From positions 80,106,001 to 80,170,000 of the forward strand of contig NC_086097.1 of the NCBI RefSeq assembly GCF_963921235.1: a stretch of DNA of 64,000 nt, given 5' to 3'. Positions 26,223 to 41,200 of this stretch are shown here, piece after piece. The translations under genes were made by a program, and so were the position numbers. Origin of the DNA: Mobula hypostoma. Its lineage: Eukaryota. Under the pieces are notes generated by a model. That model saw nothing but the letters and a program-made list of their open reading frames with translations. It was not told where the DNA came from and did no database searches. Numbering within the stretch: the first letter of the stretch is position 1; every line of letters begins with the position of its first letter.

Positions 26223-27106
26223 TATCTTACAATGCCGTATCCTCAATCAGAAGTATGATTATTCATAAAAAGTCCATAACTCGAGTAATTTAACAGTAAA
26301 GTAAAAAAAACAAATCTAATCAATGCTCTTTTTTCCCGTCTTCTCACATTCAGTTAAATAAACTACCAAAAAAATAAAAGAGATAAAATGGATATTCTTG
26401 CTGTTATTCACCCTTGTGCTTTCAACTATTATACCCTTATATTCTACACACCCTTGTTTCATATTTTTACTTTCAGAAGCTCTTTTCTATGACTATGGTC
26501 CTGGTTAGACTCTTGAACCTTCTCCATTTCTCTTGCTTGGAACACATTTTATTTTCATATGTCCTTACAAATGTTACAAAATAAAAGAACTAAAGTGGAA
26601 AGAGGACTTAACATGTCTATATTATCCAAATCTGCTCCATCTCAAAATATCCAAAATCATTGCACATTATTTGCACTTTTTTTGTAAATGGAAATTTTTA
26701 GAAGTAGCTCAAAATGAAAATGTGCATGCATTAATTTCATTTCACTCAGAAAATTATATGTACCCAAGTCCTGTCATGATTCAAATCTTCTCAATTCAAA
26801 ATATCTAATAAATCAAATGTTTCGATCACTAAAGCCCTACTTTATGCACCTGGGCAAACTGGTAGTACTACTGTTTCTGGAATGAAAGCTGATTTCCTGA
26901 ACTGCACACTTAAGTAGCAAACTCAAACTGAGATAACAGCACAAATACTGGAAATACAGCTAATCCTAAAATACACGTTTTACAAAGCAGATCCCAATCA
27001 TATCAAAGATTTCACTATGTAACTTCCAATTTTCCTGATATCATGATCAAAAATTCTCCCTCATTCTCGATCAGAAAATTTTAAAAATTAACTAAAATCC
27101 TTCCAC

Positions 27107-27362
27107 AAACAAGAGAAAATTTGCAGATGCTAGAAATCAAAGCAACACACACAAAATGCTGGAGGACCTCACCAATGTGGAAGCATTGGGTGCATTTAAG
27201 GCATAGATAGATAGGTTCTTGATTAGGCAGGGCATCGAAGTGTATGGAGAGAAGGCAGGGGAGTGGGGATGACTGGAAGAATTGGATCAGCCCATGACTG
27301 AATGGTGGAGCAGACTTGATGGGCCAAATGCACTACTTCTGCTCCTATATCTTATGGTCTTA
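27107..27362. mobile_element. Short PLE terminal piece (-) fused to a CR1 3' end (+)
   Basis: AAACAAGAGAAAATTTGCAGATGCT..ATGCTGGAGGA, then a CR1 3' UTR ending CTTATGGTCTTA. Confidence 0.7.
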
Positions 27363-27449
27363 CTAATTTCTCTTCAGAAATTATCTTGCTTTAATCTATT
27401 ATATCCTAAGTATAAATACTTGACGTGAAGAATTTTAAAAGTATTTTCT

Positions 27450-28860
27450 AGCTTAGCATGGAAAAGATAAGATTAGTCCGAGACTTAAGGTCGAGGGCAG
27501 GCTAGGTACATTAGAATGCCGGAAGTAAATTGGAGCAGCTGCTGGAGGAAAAAAATTCTGCTAAGTATGGGGGGGGTGGGGGGGTGGAATATTTAAAGGT
27601 AAGATGTTGAGAGTTCAGTCAGCCTGTAAGAGTAAGAAACGGAATTGGTAAGAAGAATGAAGCTTGATTTGCAAAGGAAATTGAAGGTTTGATCAAAAAT
27701 AAGAAGAGTTCACATGCCAGGCATAGACATTTCATTTCTAAAAAGTCCTTTGAAGTTTATAGGGGATGCAAGAGAGAATTTACGAAATTAGGAGATTGAA
27801 AAGAGAATATAAAATGGTTTTGGCAAGCAGGATTAAGAAAAATCCCAGAATCCTTATATATAAAGAATATAGTGAAAGAGCAGTTCTGCTCAGGGATTTG
27901 AAATGTGCGGGGGAAATGCTGTCTCACAAATCTGAGTTTTTGTTTTGAGGAGGTAACCAAGAAAACTGATGAAGGCAAGGGAGTAGAAATTGTTTACAAG
28001 TATTTTAGCAATGCTTTCAACAAAGTCCTGAACAGTAGGCTTGTCCAGAAGGTTAGGCCACATGGGATCCAAAGTGAGTAGTGGTTGAGAGCTGTGAGTG
28101 GAAGTCTCTGACCAGCGGAGTATCACAGAAACTGGTGATGCAACCATTGTTGTTTGTCATATATTAATGACTCAGATGATAATGTAGGTGGAATATTGTA
28201 AATTTGCTGATGACATAAAATTGGTCAAGTAGTAGTAGATAATGAAAAAGGTTGCAAAAGGATACAGAGAGACATATAGATCAGTTAGAAAGTTAAGCAG
28301 TGCAGTGGCAGATGGATCTTAATCCAGACAAAATGTGAAACAATGTATTTTGGGGCACAAATACTCTCCAGTTATACATAGTGAACATAGAAGACCTCAG
28401 ATAATGAGTGGGACTTTGGGATGCAATTTCATTGCTCTCTGAAAATGGAGACTCAGGTGGATAGGGTAGTGAAGAAAGCATTCAACATGCTTGCTTTCAT
28501 AGGCCAAGGAACTGAGTGTAAGAGTTGGGATATAATGTTGCTGCTAGACAAAACCTCCGTCAGGCTACATTTGGAATACTGTTACAGTTCTACTTGCCAA
28601 ATTACAGGAAAAATGGTATACAGTAATTAGAAAAAGTGCAAAAGAGATTCACAGGGTATTGCCTGGAATAGAGGACTGTAATGAGGAAAAAATTGGATAG
28701 GCTGAGTTCATTGTCACTAGAATGTAGAAGGCTGAGAGGTGAAGTTATAGTTTTATAAAATTATGAAAGGCATAGAAAGAGTACATAATCTGTCTTTTCC
28801 TGATTGAGGCAATCTGAAACCAGAAGTCACAGGTTTAAGGTGAAAGGGGAGAAATTTAAT
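27450..28860 (+). mobile_element. Degenerate CR1 ORF2
   Basis: LASRIKKNPR, FADDIK, QVDRVVKKAF..RLHLEYC. Confidence 0.8.
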
Positions 28861-28861
28861 A

Positions 28862-29205
28862 GAGAATCAGATTTACTATCGCTGACATATGTTGTGAAAT
28901 TTGTTAACTTTGCAAAAGCAATACAATGCAATACACAATAATGTCGAAAAAACTGAATTACAGTGACTATATATAATAAATAGTTAAATACGTAATGTAA
29001 AACAGAAATTTAAAAAGTGAGGTAATGTTCAAGAATTTAATGTCCATTTAGAAATCAGATGGGAGAGGGTAAGAAATTGTTCCTGAATTGATGAGTGGGT
29101 GCCTTCAGGCTCTGCATCTCCTTCCTGATGATAACAATGAGAAGAAGGCAGGTCCTGGGTGGTGATGGTCCTTAATGATGAACGCCGCCTTCCTGTAGCA
29201 CCGCT
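28862..29205 (-). mobile_element. Rex1/Babar 3' end
   Basis: Matches the 3' ends at 8717-9130 and 57055-57350. Confidence 0.75.
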
Positions 29206-29954
29206 CTGTTGGCCAGAAAGAACTACAGTCTGCAAATCAGTAAATTTGAATGAATTGAGGACAGTGGAAGCAGACAGACCAATTGTCTTTTTTCTTGCCA
29301 TGTGCTTGGCGATGGAGCCTGCTATTTTATGAAGACACTGTTCTCCATTTTGTGAGTTAGTCACTTGGCTTGATCAGTGTTTTAAAGAAGGCACAATAAT
29401 GCTTCAGGTAATCTGTTGAACTGGAGATCATCTCCAAGTAAGTAGTTATTTGCGAGATGTTTGTTGCTTAGATGTAACATTAAGATTTTTAACTGTGGAG
29501 TCTGTTCTGCGTGATTCAAACCATAAATTACAGATTGTCACTTGCTGGGAAGCGGGCAATAAATGGATGCTGCGCTGGAGCAGAACCAATAAAAAGGTGT
29601 TAAAGGTCAGACATATGATCTACAGCCTATGACACTGGAATGCAATATCTGAATTGGTAAGAAATAAATATAAAAGCAGACACTTCATGTGTGCTGGTGG
29701 CAGTGACTCTGTATGAAATTATAGTGGATGTGAGGTGCCCCACAGACGTGGAGATTCAAAATAGGATGACATGGAACATGTGACCAGCAACAGAAACTCC
29801 TTTTTAACTGGTATTATATTTCCTGTTCTTTGACTGTTCATGGAAGGTCGGGAAAACTGGTGTGCTCACAGGTATTGGTTGTGTAAGTTCAGATGTTCTT
29901 CCATTGAGAAAATAAAGCTACTTGTTGGTAAATACAGATCCCCTCAGTACCTCA

Positions 29955-30895
29955 CTGATCATTATACAACAGGTGAGTTTTGTCATAGTTCCTCGAAGAT
30001 GTCTTGCATACTACGGAGGCTAGTACCCATGATGGAGCTCACTAATTTTACAACTCTCTGCAGCTTACTATAATCCTGTGCAGTAGCATCTCCCCCCACC
30101 CCACCCCCACCAGACAGTAATGCCGCCAGTCAGAATGCCCTCCATGGTACATCCATAGCTTTTGAGTTTTTCAGGTGACAAACCAAATCTCCTCAAACTC
30201 CCAATGAAATGTAGCCACTGTCTTGCCTTCTTTAGAGCTGCATCAATATGTTGGAACTAGGTTAGATCGTCAGAGATACTGACACCCAGGAACTTGAAAT
30301 TGCTCCCTCTTTCCACTTCCGATCCCGTATCTTACCCTTTCTGAAGTCCGCAATCAGCTCTTTGGTCTTACTGGCAATAAATGCAAGGTTGATATTACGA
30401 CACCACTCAATTATCTAGTATATCTCACTCCTGCACGCCCTCTCGTCACCATCCAAGATTCTCGACAACAATGGTTGTATCATCAGCAAATTTACAGATG
30501 GAATTTGAGCTATGCCTAGCTACACTGTCATGGGTACAGAGAGAGTAAAGCAGTGGATTATACACACATCCCTGAGGTGCACCAGTGTTGATTGTCAGCA
30601 AGGTGGATGTTATTACTAATCCACACAGATTCTGGTCTTCCAGTTGTAGAGGGAGGTACCGAGGCTGAGGTTCTGTAGCTTTTCAATCAGGACAGTAGAA
30701 ATAATGGTGTTAAACACTGAGCTATAGTCAATGAACAGCATCCTGACATAGGCATTTGTATTGTCTAGGTGATCCAAGGACACATCAAGAGCCATTGAGA
30801 TCATGTCTACTACAGACCTATTGTGGCAATAGGCAAATTGCAGTGGGTCCAGGTCCATGCTGAGGCAGGAGTTGATTCTAGCCATGACCAACCTT
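29955..30895 (-). mobile_element. Rex1/Babar RT fragment
   Basis: [29 protein letters not shown] (ORF 30616-30891); KFADD at ~30480-30495. Confidence 0.9.
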
Positions 30896-32297
30896 GTATG
30901 GTGATGAAGTGCTTATATAATTATAAATCCATCTAATGTATCATAGATAGTACATCTGATATCCTTTCTCAGCTGTTTATCTGCACAAAACCAAAGAACA
31001 AACTAATAGCTCAAATTAAGATCTTTGCAGTAAATAAAAGCCTCCCATGGAAAATATAACAAGTATTTCCAGAGAAATTACAGGTATACAGAAAATTTCA
31101 ACATTTTCCTGGGTAAATCATTTTTGCTTCAATCATTTTTCTGGTCATATTTGATATACAAAACTGTAGGATTAGTGAAAAAACGAGACAGCATTTTCGA
31201 CAAAACATTCTTAGAGCAATCTCATTCAATCACATTCAACTTTACAATATTGGTACCCTTTTGCTCATTGCCTATAACAAAATGGTAATTATTGAGCTGA
31301 TGAAATGAATTTGTTCTTTTCTTCGACTGTATTGGTAAATTACCACATTCTTGTTATGATCTATTGTTTTAGCTTGAATCTAATCAGGTAAAAACGTAAC
31401 AATATCATATTGCAAAAGCTTGATGAGACCTTAAGATTGAAAAACATGTGTTCATCGCTAGACTATATATTAAAAGTCACTATTTTCAAATGTAATACAT
31501 TATTACAACATAGGCCTATTCGCTGCAACATGTTGTACTTCAATTCAGTGCAAATAGTAGAGTCTATCACATAGTATCCAACAAAATACAGTGAGAGTCA
31601 GAATATAGAGCAAAAGAAAGCAGAATTAAAACCTGCATCAAGCAATCAGCAAACTGTCTTTAATAGAGTAATTGCTAGGCTGGGGTGCCATTAGGAAAAT
31701 AATTTTATTCTTTTACATTTTAGGATGTTTGTGTTTGGGTTTGAGTATTTGATCCTCCACAATATTCCACGTGGGAATTTGTTTGATTCCTGTCTATTAC
31801 AATGCATAAAAGGACTGAGCTCTTGGTGATGTATTGATGGATTTCCAAGGACTTTTATCCGGAACTAAGTAATTTGTTTTTACCTGTGATACTCATGAGT
31901 TAACATTTCTCACTTTGGAAACACGACAAGTAATGCACTACTATTCGAACATTATCCTAATGTCCTTGATTGTCATCTCCTACGGCTCTGCTGTTGTATT
32001 TCATAATTTCATGGCAAGTGCAAATATTGCACAGTTAAAAAGATTATTCAGAATGTCAAAAATCCATAGCAAATAGTCCTCTACTGCAAAACACAGCAGC
32101 AATACTTAAATTAAATAATAATTCTCATCCAGGAATAAACATAATAACATTAACATTTTCAATGTCACTTACTATAAATAAAAATAGAAAATAGTTTAAT
32201 TACTAAAAGTTTATAGTCATGGCATAAAATTTGCTCCAACGTCAAAATGTCTTCAAAAGATCCTTCGGAAATTCAAACAGCTATCCATAAAAATAAA

Positions 32298-32599
32298 AGA
32301 TTAGCTTTATTTGTCACATGTACATCACAGCATACAGTGAAATGCATTGTTTTGCATCAATGACTAATAGTCCAAGAATCGTGCTGGAGGCAGCCACGCT
32401 GCCGGTGCCAAAATAGTATGCCAATAACTGACTAACCCTAACCATACGCCTTTGGAATGTGGGAGGAAACCCGAGCACCTCGAGGAAACCCACACAGTCA
32501 CAGGGAGACAAACTCCTTATAGACCGTGGTGGGAATTAGACCCTGATTGATGTATGCAGGTGCTGTAAAGCATTGCACTAATCACTATGCTATCATGCC
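32298..32599 (-). mobile_element. tRNA-derived V-SINE
   Basis: V-domain GGAGTTTG..CCCTGTGACTGTGTGGGTTTCCTCGAGGTGCTCGGGTTTCCTCCCACATTCCAAAG; A-box-like 5' end; ends ACAAATAAAGCTAATC. Confidence 0.85.
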
Positions 32600-34779
32600 A
32601 TCCTTAATTGCTTGATGAGCACTTCATTGGTGGTACATTACTAAAGCTTTATTTCACAGGTATAAACAGACCAAAGAAAGACTTATGTTTAGACCTAAAT
32701 CAGCAAACTTTATTAAAAAATGTTTGCGCATTGTGCACAGAATTTTTATTGCCTGATTTGGTGCAAAAACTTAAAAATACCAAATAAAAAAGTTACCACA
32801 AAAGAAAAACTGATCTTCTGCAGAAGGCTAGGTAGAAACTAGACTGAGTTGGTCATGGAAGTATTTGCTTATATAAAGTGTTAATCTGGGCAAATCCAAC
32901 TGTTGTCCTGTAAGGACTGAGAACCAGTCACTAATCAACTAGTGGCTGCTATGTTAGGCACTTGGGTCAATAGACCTGCTGGTTTGCTAGGGTTAGCAAT
33001 AGCTTTGCTAATATGTTCTATCACAAAAGCAAGAATTTCTGCCATTATTTCCAAGTATCCAGTTTAAAGACAGTAGTTGTGAACTGGCCTACAACCACAC
33101 CCAGAAAGCAGTCTTTTTTTCATCAGAGATCAGTTGATGTAGAGGCTCATCCCAAATGGTGTGTACCGACACATCTACAAACTGTATAACCCGAATAACA
33201 GCAAACGTCTCCTTTTCAGGTGCCTTAAGGAACAAAGAAATATGCTAATCCTGGCAAATTTACCTTTCCTTAATCTACTTTTTCCATCAGCAGGTCACTT
33301 CTGTCCAATGTTAGGACATACAATCTACAATTCTTTGTCTTCAGTTTAAACAACACATAAGCAACAATGGACACAGGATATGAAGGTGATCAGAGTGAAG
33401 AATATTGGAACTGACATCAGTATAGTTTAAGCAGTGCCAAAGGCATTGCAGCCTTGATCCCTTGCATTATATACGGTACACTCTGGAGTTTTAACTCGAA
33501 GTTTACAACTTGGATCTCTTAACAACTTATTTTGGAATGAAACGACACAATAATTTCACTAGATACTGAACTTGAAAGAAAATTAATATGCTAAAAAGTA
33601 TTACAACATGTAGATGCAATCCAAAGTGACAAACTAGCTTTTAATCAGATAAAGCACTGGCTAGTTTCTCAAACAGTACCTGAAAGTCATCAAACATCTA
33701 TTTTTTTGCCACTAATGTATGGATTTTAAACCATCTTTAGTCAATTAACTGCCTTTTGATTTCTTTTTAAAAGAAATCCTGATACACCAAATCAGAATCA
33801 CAAAAACTGTATATAAAAGCATTCGATGCAAAAATAGGAAAAATCCCATCAAGGAAATACAGTCTTTCATCAATCAAAGTGCCACGAGAGGAGTGATTTG
33901 TTTTGATCATATATTTGCAGCATTGGCATTAATCTGGCATGAAACTATGTGACCTTAACCAAACAAGCAGCACAACTGCTAATATATATGAACCAGTAAC
34001 GTCATTTGTCAGAGGAATTCCATTTAATGAAAACTTGTACATAAGACAGGATTGAAGAAAACAATAACACATTTTCAGATAAATATGGCCTGCTGTAATC
34101 CCTTGATGAAGAGCCAGATTGCTAAACTGATAAATGATTCAGATTAAGGAAAGAAGGAAAAATGTGTTGAAATCCAAGATTCAGTTCACCCAACTGATCT
34201 CCTGATATAAAGAGGATTACTTAGATTTTGTTTTTACAAATGATGATTTATTTTGATGCACTGATGTAAGATCTTACTGACCAATCAGTTATTCTTGGAT
34301 TATAGGTGCATTGGTGACAACACTGAATATAGGAAAGACTATGAGACAAAAATTCTCATTGGTAGTACTAAAGATCTGGACTCCAGAACAAACTGTGCCT
34401 CTAGTCAATCTGTTCCAGTACTTACAATATTGGCATCTATCTAACAATGTGGAAATTTGTCAATGTATGTTCGCAAAAAAAAGAAAAGTCCCATCAAATT
34501 AACTACTGCTCAATTAATTGATATTCAACCATTGCAATATGATGGAAGATTTCATCAATAGTGCTATCAGTGCCAATAATTCACTAGAACTTACTCATTG
34601 ATAACCAGCTTGGATTTTGCCTTGACAATTGATCTAAAATCATATTGCATGTTTGATCCCAATATGGATCAAAGAACTGACTTCCAGCAGTAAAGCACAT
34701 AATCATCTTCGGATAAGTTAGCATTTGTTCAAATGTAGCATTAAGAAGTCCTGGTAAAACAATGTCAAGGGGAATCAAG

Positions 34780-35420
34780 AGGGAAACACTCCAGAAGTCA
34801 GAATCGTATGTTATAAATGGTGGATATTAATCATCCTAGCACCAACCGTCATTGCACAAGATCCTCAAAGTAGTGTTCTAAGTCCACCCAACTTCAAATG
34901 CTGCATTAAAGACCGTTCTTCCATCAAAAGATCAGAAGTGAGGAAGTTCACTGCAGAATGCACAAAATTCAGCTGCATGGCTGATAAGAGATACAGTAAC
35001 TAAAGTACCAACTCCTGTTGACATTCAAGGCATTACCACTGCTAACACTTACTATCAAGATCCTTGGGATCACCACTAAACAAAAACTCAATTGCAGCAG
35101 CCACATATATACTATGGTCACAAGGGCAAGCCGAAGGCTGGGTATCCTGCTGAGAGTGACTCATTTCTCAATGCCTCAAAGCCTTTCCACAATCAACAAG
35201 CATGTCATATTCACCACATGCTTGGATGACTATAATTGCAATAACACGCATGAAGCCCAGATGTAACCAGGTCAAAGCAATTCATCTGACCGGTACCTCA
35301 GTCATCACATGAAATATTTATTTTCTCACTACCAGCACATGACTGCAGTACATAACTACAAAATATGCAGCATTACTTAACTAACTTATTTTGACAGCAT
35401 CTCCCAAACACACAGATTCG
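34780..35420 (+). mobile_element. Old CR1-clade LINE fragment (family of 7145-8300)
   Basis: ILGITTKQKLNCSSHIYTMVTRASRRLGILLRVTH..PQSLSTI. Confidence 0.75.
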
Positions 35421-36320
35421 AGCCCATTTGAGCACATAGTCTGCACTGATACTCCAAAACAATACTGTTGACATCAAAGGGAGATATTGCCTGTTCTCTC
35501 CTGTTCTCATATGAATAAAAGAGACATTTTGACATTTTCCAAAAAGAAGAAACCTCTCATTCTCTGGATCCAATTGTACCTGTATGATTAGCTGGTTGTT
35601 AACCTTTCAGAGCTTTTGAAACTTGGTTGCAATCAAACTGGCAATACTTTTCCCACCTTTTTTGGTTGTAAAGAACATTGGGTGTTCAGAGGTCATCAAA
35701 TCTACTATATAAAAACAAGATTTGTTTTACTTCAGTGGAAGAATTGTACTTATCTAAACTATCCTAAAAGAGAAAGTGTGAAATGTATGCAGATGAGCGT
35801 GAAGTTTCTGCATGACTTTCACTCTCACAGTAGAATCAGAGGAACTCCACTAAAGATTGTGGAATATTAAAAGTCTAGTGTGTTACAGCCACAACCACAT
35901 TCAAATGGAAGCACACATGATCTTTAACACTGGTTCAAGCATTCAGTAGCTTCAAGCAGCCCAGCTCATAAAGCTACAAGCATTCAACAATTTTCTTTAC
36001 ATTGTGTCCAGAATATTAGCCATGAACATTGATAATCTGTTATTGTAGTAAATAGAACTGAAGCATGAACCAAGGCTACTGCACTCCTGCAGCAATTACT
36101 TTAAATTAAGTTTCAATTAACGTAAACTCAATTATAGCAAAGCAATAAATACTTGAGTGGCTGAAATGGCTGCCTGTCAAAGGTCTTATGTACCAAGATC
36201 AAATCAAAGCTGTCAACTGAAAACAATTAAAAGGCAAGATCAAGAATATTATATCAATGAGCCAGAGATTGACTCACTTTCTGGAAAGAGGATCTGAAAT
36301 TTTCTGGCTTTTGGAAACAT

Positions 36321-36326
<6 letters not shown>

Positions 36327-36371
<45 letters not shown>

Positions 36372-36400
36372 CTCTCTCTCTCTCCCCCCCCCCCCCCCCC
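36327..36400. repeat. Compound microsatellite (AC)n(TC)n(C)n
   Basis: Directly visible. Confidence 0.98.
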
Positions 36401-36869
36401 AATTTAACATTAGGAAGAATGTGTTAGTGCATCCATAACATTAAATTACAAATCGGAAACAGCAAATGATTATCAGAGAACACCTCATCAATGCTTGATC
36501 TCACTATGCACTAAGCCTATTTGCTGACAACCCCACTCCTCTGTGCTGTTGTAATATTGCTGTCAATCATTTACAAATGATTACATTTCTTAATTTTATT
36601 GAGTCATTGAGACCTTAGAATCAGCCTAGAAGATAATATATTTGAATTGATCATAGCCGTGGCATAAACACTTGATTTCAAATTCTGTCATCTTTAGCAC
36701 ATTTTTTATTTGACTCCACCCAAACAATGTGGCTATGAATTTTGAGATTGTGCAGAAACTGCTAATTTAGTTTTGTTTATGTGCATTTGTGCACATGGCT
36801 TAACAGAAGAATTTCCATTGCATTCTATCAACTATTTCTCCAAAAGGAACTCCAATCAAGATAGTGTGG

Positions 36870-38245
36870 CACTGAATGAATGCTTATGACGACACCAAAC
36901 TGAATGGAAAAGCATACTGTGCAGAGGAAGTGGCAAGTCTGCAGAGAGAATATAGAATATGGAGAACAATGTTGTTAAATACAAGATCATCCACTATGGA
37001 AGGAAAAATAACAGATCAAATTACTATTTACAGACATCCCACCTCTCCCGGAAGTTCCGGGAGTCTCCCGCATATGAATAGTGGCTCCCTGATGCCCGCA
37101 AATTATATACAATATCACGGAAATCAATTTTTTGAGAGTGAGCGAGCAAAAGCAAGAGAGTGAGAGAACGCGCGAGAGAGAAAGCAAGCGAGAACGCGCG
37201 AGAAAGCAAGAACGCGCAAGAAAGCAAGAACGCGCGAGAGCGCACGCCATGGCAGAGTGTTCCAAAAAAAAAATAAAACCTACGTCACCCCAGACTACAC
37301 TAAAGTGTACCCCTGCTTAATAGGGGTCAAAAATAATGACAGTGTTGCTCGCTGCACTGTTCGCAACAGTGACTTTTCTATTGCCCATGGTGGGTTAAGA
37401 CTGTAAAAGACATGTTGAAGTGAGTTTAACAGGTGTCATTCATCTATCAGCATAGCTAACGTTATTTAAACTAGCTGGCTGGCTGCTAAGGAGCTACTCT
37501 ATTGCAGAAGTCCCACCTCTCCCGGCAGTCTCCTGCAAATTGATGGTGCTACCTCCCTGAAATCAGTTTTTGCAGGGTGGGATATCTGTATTTAAATGCA
37601 CCATGCTGTTGTACAGAGAGACTTAGGTGTGCTTGTTATGAATTGCCAAAGGTTGGTTTGCCAATTTAAGAAGGCAAATGGAATTGTTGGCCTTCATTGC
37701 TAGAGGGTTTGAATTTAAGAGCACAGAGGTTATGCTGCAACTGTGCAGGGTACTGGTGAAGTCACACCTGCAGTTTTGGTCTCACTTAAGAGGGTGCAGA
37801 GGAGGTTCTCCAAGTTGATTTGTAGATGGGGGGGAACAGGGAGTTAGTCTATGAGAAGAGACTAAGTCACCTGGGGTGATATTCACTGGAATTCATATAA
37901 AATTATGAAAGGGATAGAGGCAGAAGCATTGTAAGTGAGACCACAACTAGAGGATACAGCTTCAATATCTCGGGGAGCAGATTTAGACGGAGGTGAGGAG
38001 AAGTTACTTTTCTCAAAGAATAGTGAATCTGTGAAATTCTCTGCCAGGGAAGCAGTGGAGGCTAACTCACTAAATATATTTAAAACACAGTTAGATAGAT
38101 TCTCGCACAGTATGGGAATTACAGGTTGTGGGGAAGCAGCAAGATAGGTGGAGCTAAATCTATGGCCTATCGGCCATGAATTTATTGAATGGCAGGGTGG
38201 GTATGACAGGTCAGATGTTCTCCTCCCTCTCATATTTCCTTATGT
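36870..38245 (+). mobile_element. Degenerate CR1 3' part, split by a DNA transposon
   Basis: YDDTKL at ~36885; KKANGIV..FKSTEVMLQLCRVLVK at ~37670-37760; AVEANSLNIFK. Confidence 0.8.
37031..37588 (+). mobile_element. Non-autonomous hAT-like DNA transposon retaining a transposase 5' piece
   Basis: TIRs CAGACATCCCACC / GGTGGGATATCTG flanked by TATTTA on both sides. ATG at 37249 gives MAECSKK, then (frameshifted) ..YTKVYPCLIGVKNNDSVARCTVRNSDFSIAHGGL..DCKRHVE, a BED-like finger, followed by GTGAGT. Internal AGAAAGCAAGAACGCGCG repeats. Confidence 0.75.
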
Positions 38246-41200
38246 ATGTCTATGCTGCATTTTTGGATTATGCAAGACATTTCAAATCATTTCAATGAGT
38301 GGGCCTGAAGTCTAACACAGGATTGAGCTCCCAAACTATTGGAATCATAAATTCAATTGGTTCAGATCAGAATGCTGACTCTATACAACAACTTGATCCC
38401 TATTCAACATTGTACAAATGCTTAAGCAGCTTGATTGGGGAGACTTGGACTGTTTTCCTTGAAGGAAAGAAGGCTGAGAAATTGAACAGAATTGTATAAA
38501 AGTCAGCAAGGATCAAAACAAGTTCAATAAAATATTCCCAGTAACAGAAAGACAGAAAATGAATGGATACAAATTTAATGTGACTGAATAAAAAACCAGA
38601 GATGACAACTGGGACACAATGGGCCAAATGACCTCCTAACTTCAGGAATAACCTTCAGACTTTGTTACAGGATTATATTAACTCCTTTTATCATAAAGGG
38701 ACATTTAAAAAATATTGATGTAAAGATTGTCTTGTAGCCTCCTTTCCTGTTTTTATTTGCTACAGATTGTTTTGCCATGTCTTGATAATAAACATATTTG
38801 CACTCATGAATAATTGACTTCCATAACTAAATATTTTATAATGAAGGTGCTTCCAGGAATATAATACTACATTTTACTATCTGTGCTGCTTAACAGTAAT
38901 AAGTACACAACATTGCAATCCAAATACCTTTACAGATTTATCAAGTGTGGAACATATACTCATAGTTTAACCATTGGTTATTTTTGTAACTGGATTACAA
39001 CTACTATTAGTCCCATAACTCATGACACACATTTTAAGTACTTTATAAATTCTCAGTACTGATGTTGCAGAGTAATCCAAGTAAACCTGAAAGAAAACAA
39101 GGACATGTACAATATAAGAGAGATAATTGGACACTGAATAAATCTGGCCATAGGCCAACATTGTATGTGTAATGCTAGGTCCAAATTAAAGCCATAAGAA
39201 ATAAAGTGAAGCAAGTGATCTCTGGAGTAAAAAGCAAGAGTGACTTATCTATACATGATGCATTAGTCATTATGCGATTATTGATCAGTAGAGAATAACA
39301 AATAAGAAAAGGGAGAATGAGTTAAATGATACAACAAAAAAAGTTAACTGATACTCAAACCAAACAGACCTAATTCTCAGTATAGTTTTTGTTCCATTAA
39401 ACAGGGTGCAGCAGCACAAAGCCTACAAGTAACCTCACACAGCAAAATATGATAAAATAACACAGCTGTAAATAACTTTGCAAGACACCAACTTGTTTGT
39501 GTGCAGTTCTGTGCCCAACCCCACTAATGGGAAGCATCGACTGTAAATGGAGCAAATCTTTAGGTATAATCACACCAAGATCAAATTGAAAGAAAAATAA
39601 GTTTTTGTAGTAGATTCCTGCTCACTCCTCCCAGCTACCCAACCAAAAATACTCAAAAATACTCATGGGCAAAATAATTAAGAACAATTGACCAAAGTGA
39701 AATACGTAATGCCATGCTCAAAGCTGAACTCCATTACTTCTACTGTCTGCAAATGTATGAATTTTCCAGGAGTCCTTTCTTTTTTGGGGGATGATATGAA
39801 TACTTCCCAAATCTACAGAATTGTTTAATTTTAACCATACCCATTTGTTTTTGTATCACATATTATTTGTGAAGAAAGCCCAGACTCAGTCCAGCCTGCT
39901 ATTCCTATGCTAGTTTTTATTATTCACAGAATAAATGGAAATTTTGGAACACCTTTGTGTAATTTAGTAGCTATTCACTTCACATATTGAATAATAAATA
40001 GCTGTTTAGTCTTGAAGTGAAAAGGATCATATGATCAGAGCTTATCTCATGCACAAAACCAGATGCCAAGCAGTTCCAGTAAATTGAGTTATGTAAACAA
40101 GATTGTGATTATTTTGTGGTTTACACTGAGCATACAGAGGACCAAAGCCTTATTGAACAGTGTGACTTTGTATAGACCAGTTCACTTAGCAAGATGTCCC
40201 CAGGCTCTATAGAGGGCACTACCAGACTTAAAAACACAACCTGATATTAGGTTAGTTAGTCAAAAGTTTAATTAAAAAGCACTGTCTGTAAGCAGTACTT
40301 GAAAGGATGAGTGAAGCTGACAGATTGAGGAGTAATAATGTTCCTTTCTCTGAAAAAATCTACCCTGAGCAAGGTCTCAGGTGAAGTTGCGAAATTAACT
40401 TTCATGGACAGATAACCACTTCTGGTTTACTGATAGTAATCTAACAGATCCTCATACAATACCAAAAAGTAATCTTGGTTAACATTTTTCATAAACTCCA
40501 CGGTAAGTTTCAATATTAAGGAAGCCACTAAAATGCTGACACTCGAACTGTCTAAACTCATCTTTTCAAAATCACTTGTAATAAAATGAAAATAATTAAC
40601 TTCACATTCATCTGCTCATCAATAACAGGACTATGAAACTACATAAAACTCATGACAAGCCAATTGGCGATGGAAACGTGTTTCCAGATTGAAACAAGCT
40701 GTTCTCTGCTTAAAATGTGTGGGATTTATTCTGATTATAGCACTTTATATAGCACGGATACAAAGCTCTGTATAGTTGACATTGTTCACGAAAATAAATA
40801 CTCAGAATAAAACTCACTTCTGTATTTAGTGCAGGATGGGGGCATTTTAAAAGATGATAAAACGGGAACTAGATGAAGTGTCGATTATTTTTAGGAATTG
40901 AAAACTACTTCCGTATACTACCACGAACCAAAACAAATCGTTCCTATTTATAACTACTAGTTTATGCCTATTACGTGAAATGATATTTAGTAAATCGAAT
41001 TGTACTGACGGCTTAGATTTATGTTTTGAGAAAGCAGCATGGTATAAATTTTCAGTGCACAAATGATGAACCTTCACACTGCAATTCTGTATAATATTAC
41101 TATCTGTGCTCCCGATATTTCAGGGAAATTAACTCGATGCATCGACACCAAGAATTGATTTGGCTTCTTTCAAAGATTAATCTAAATATAAAAACGCTGG

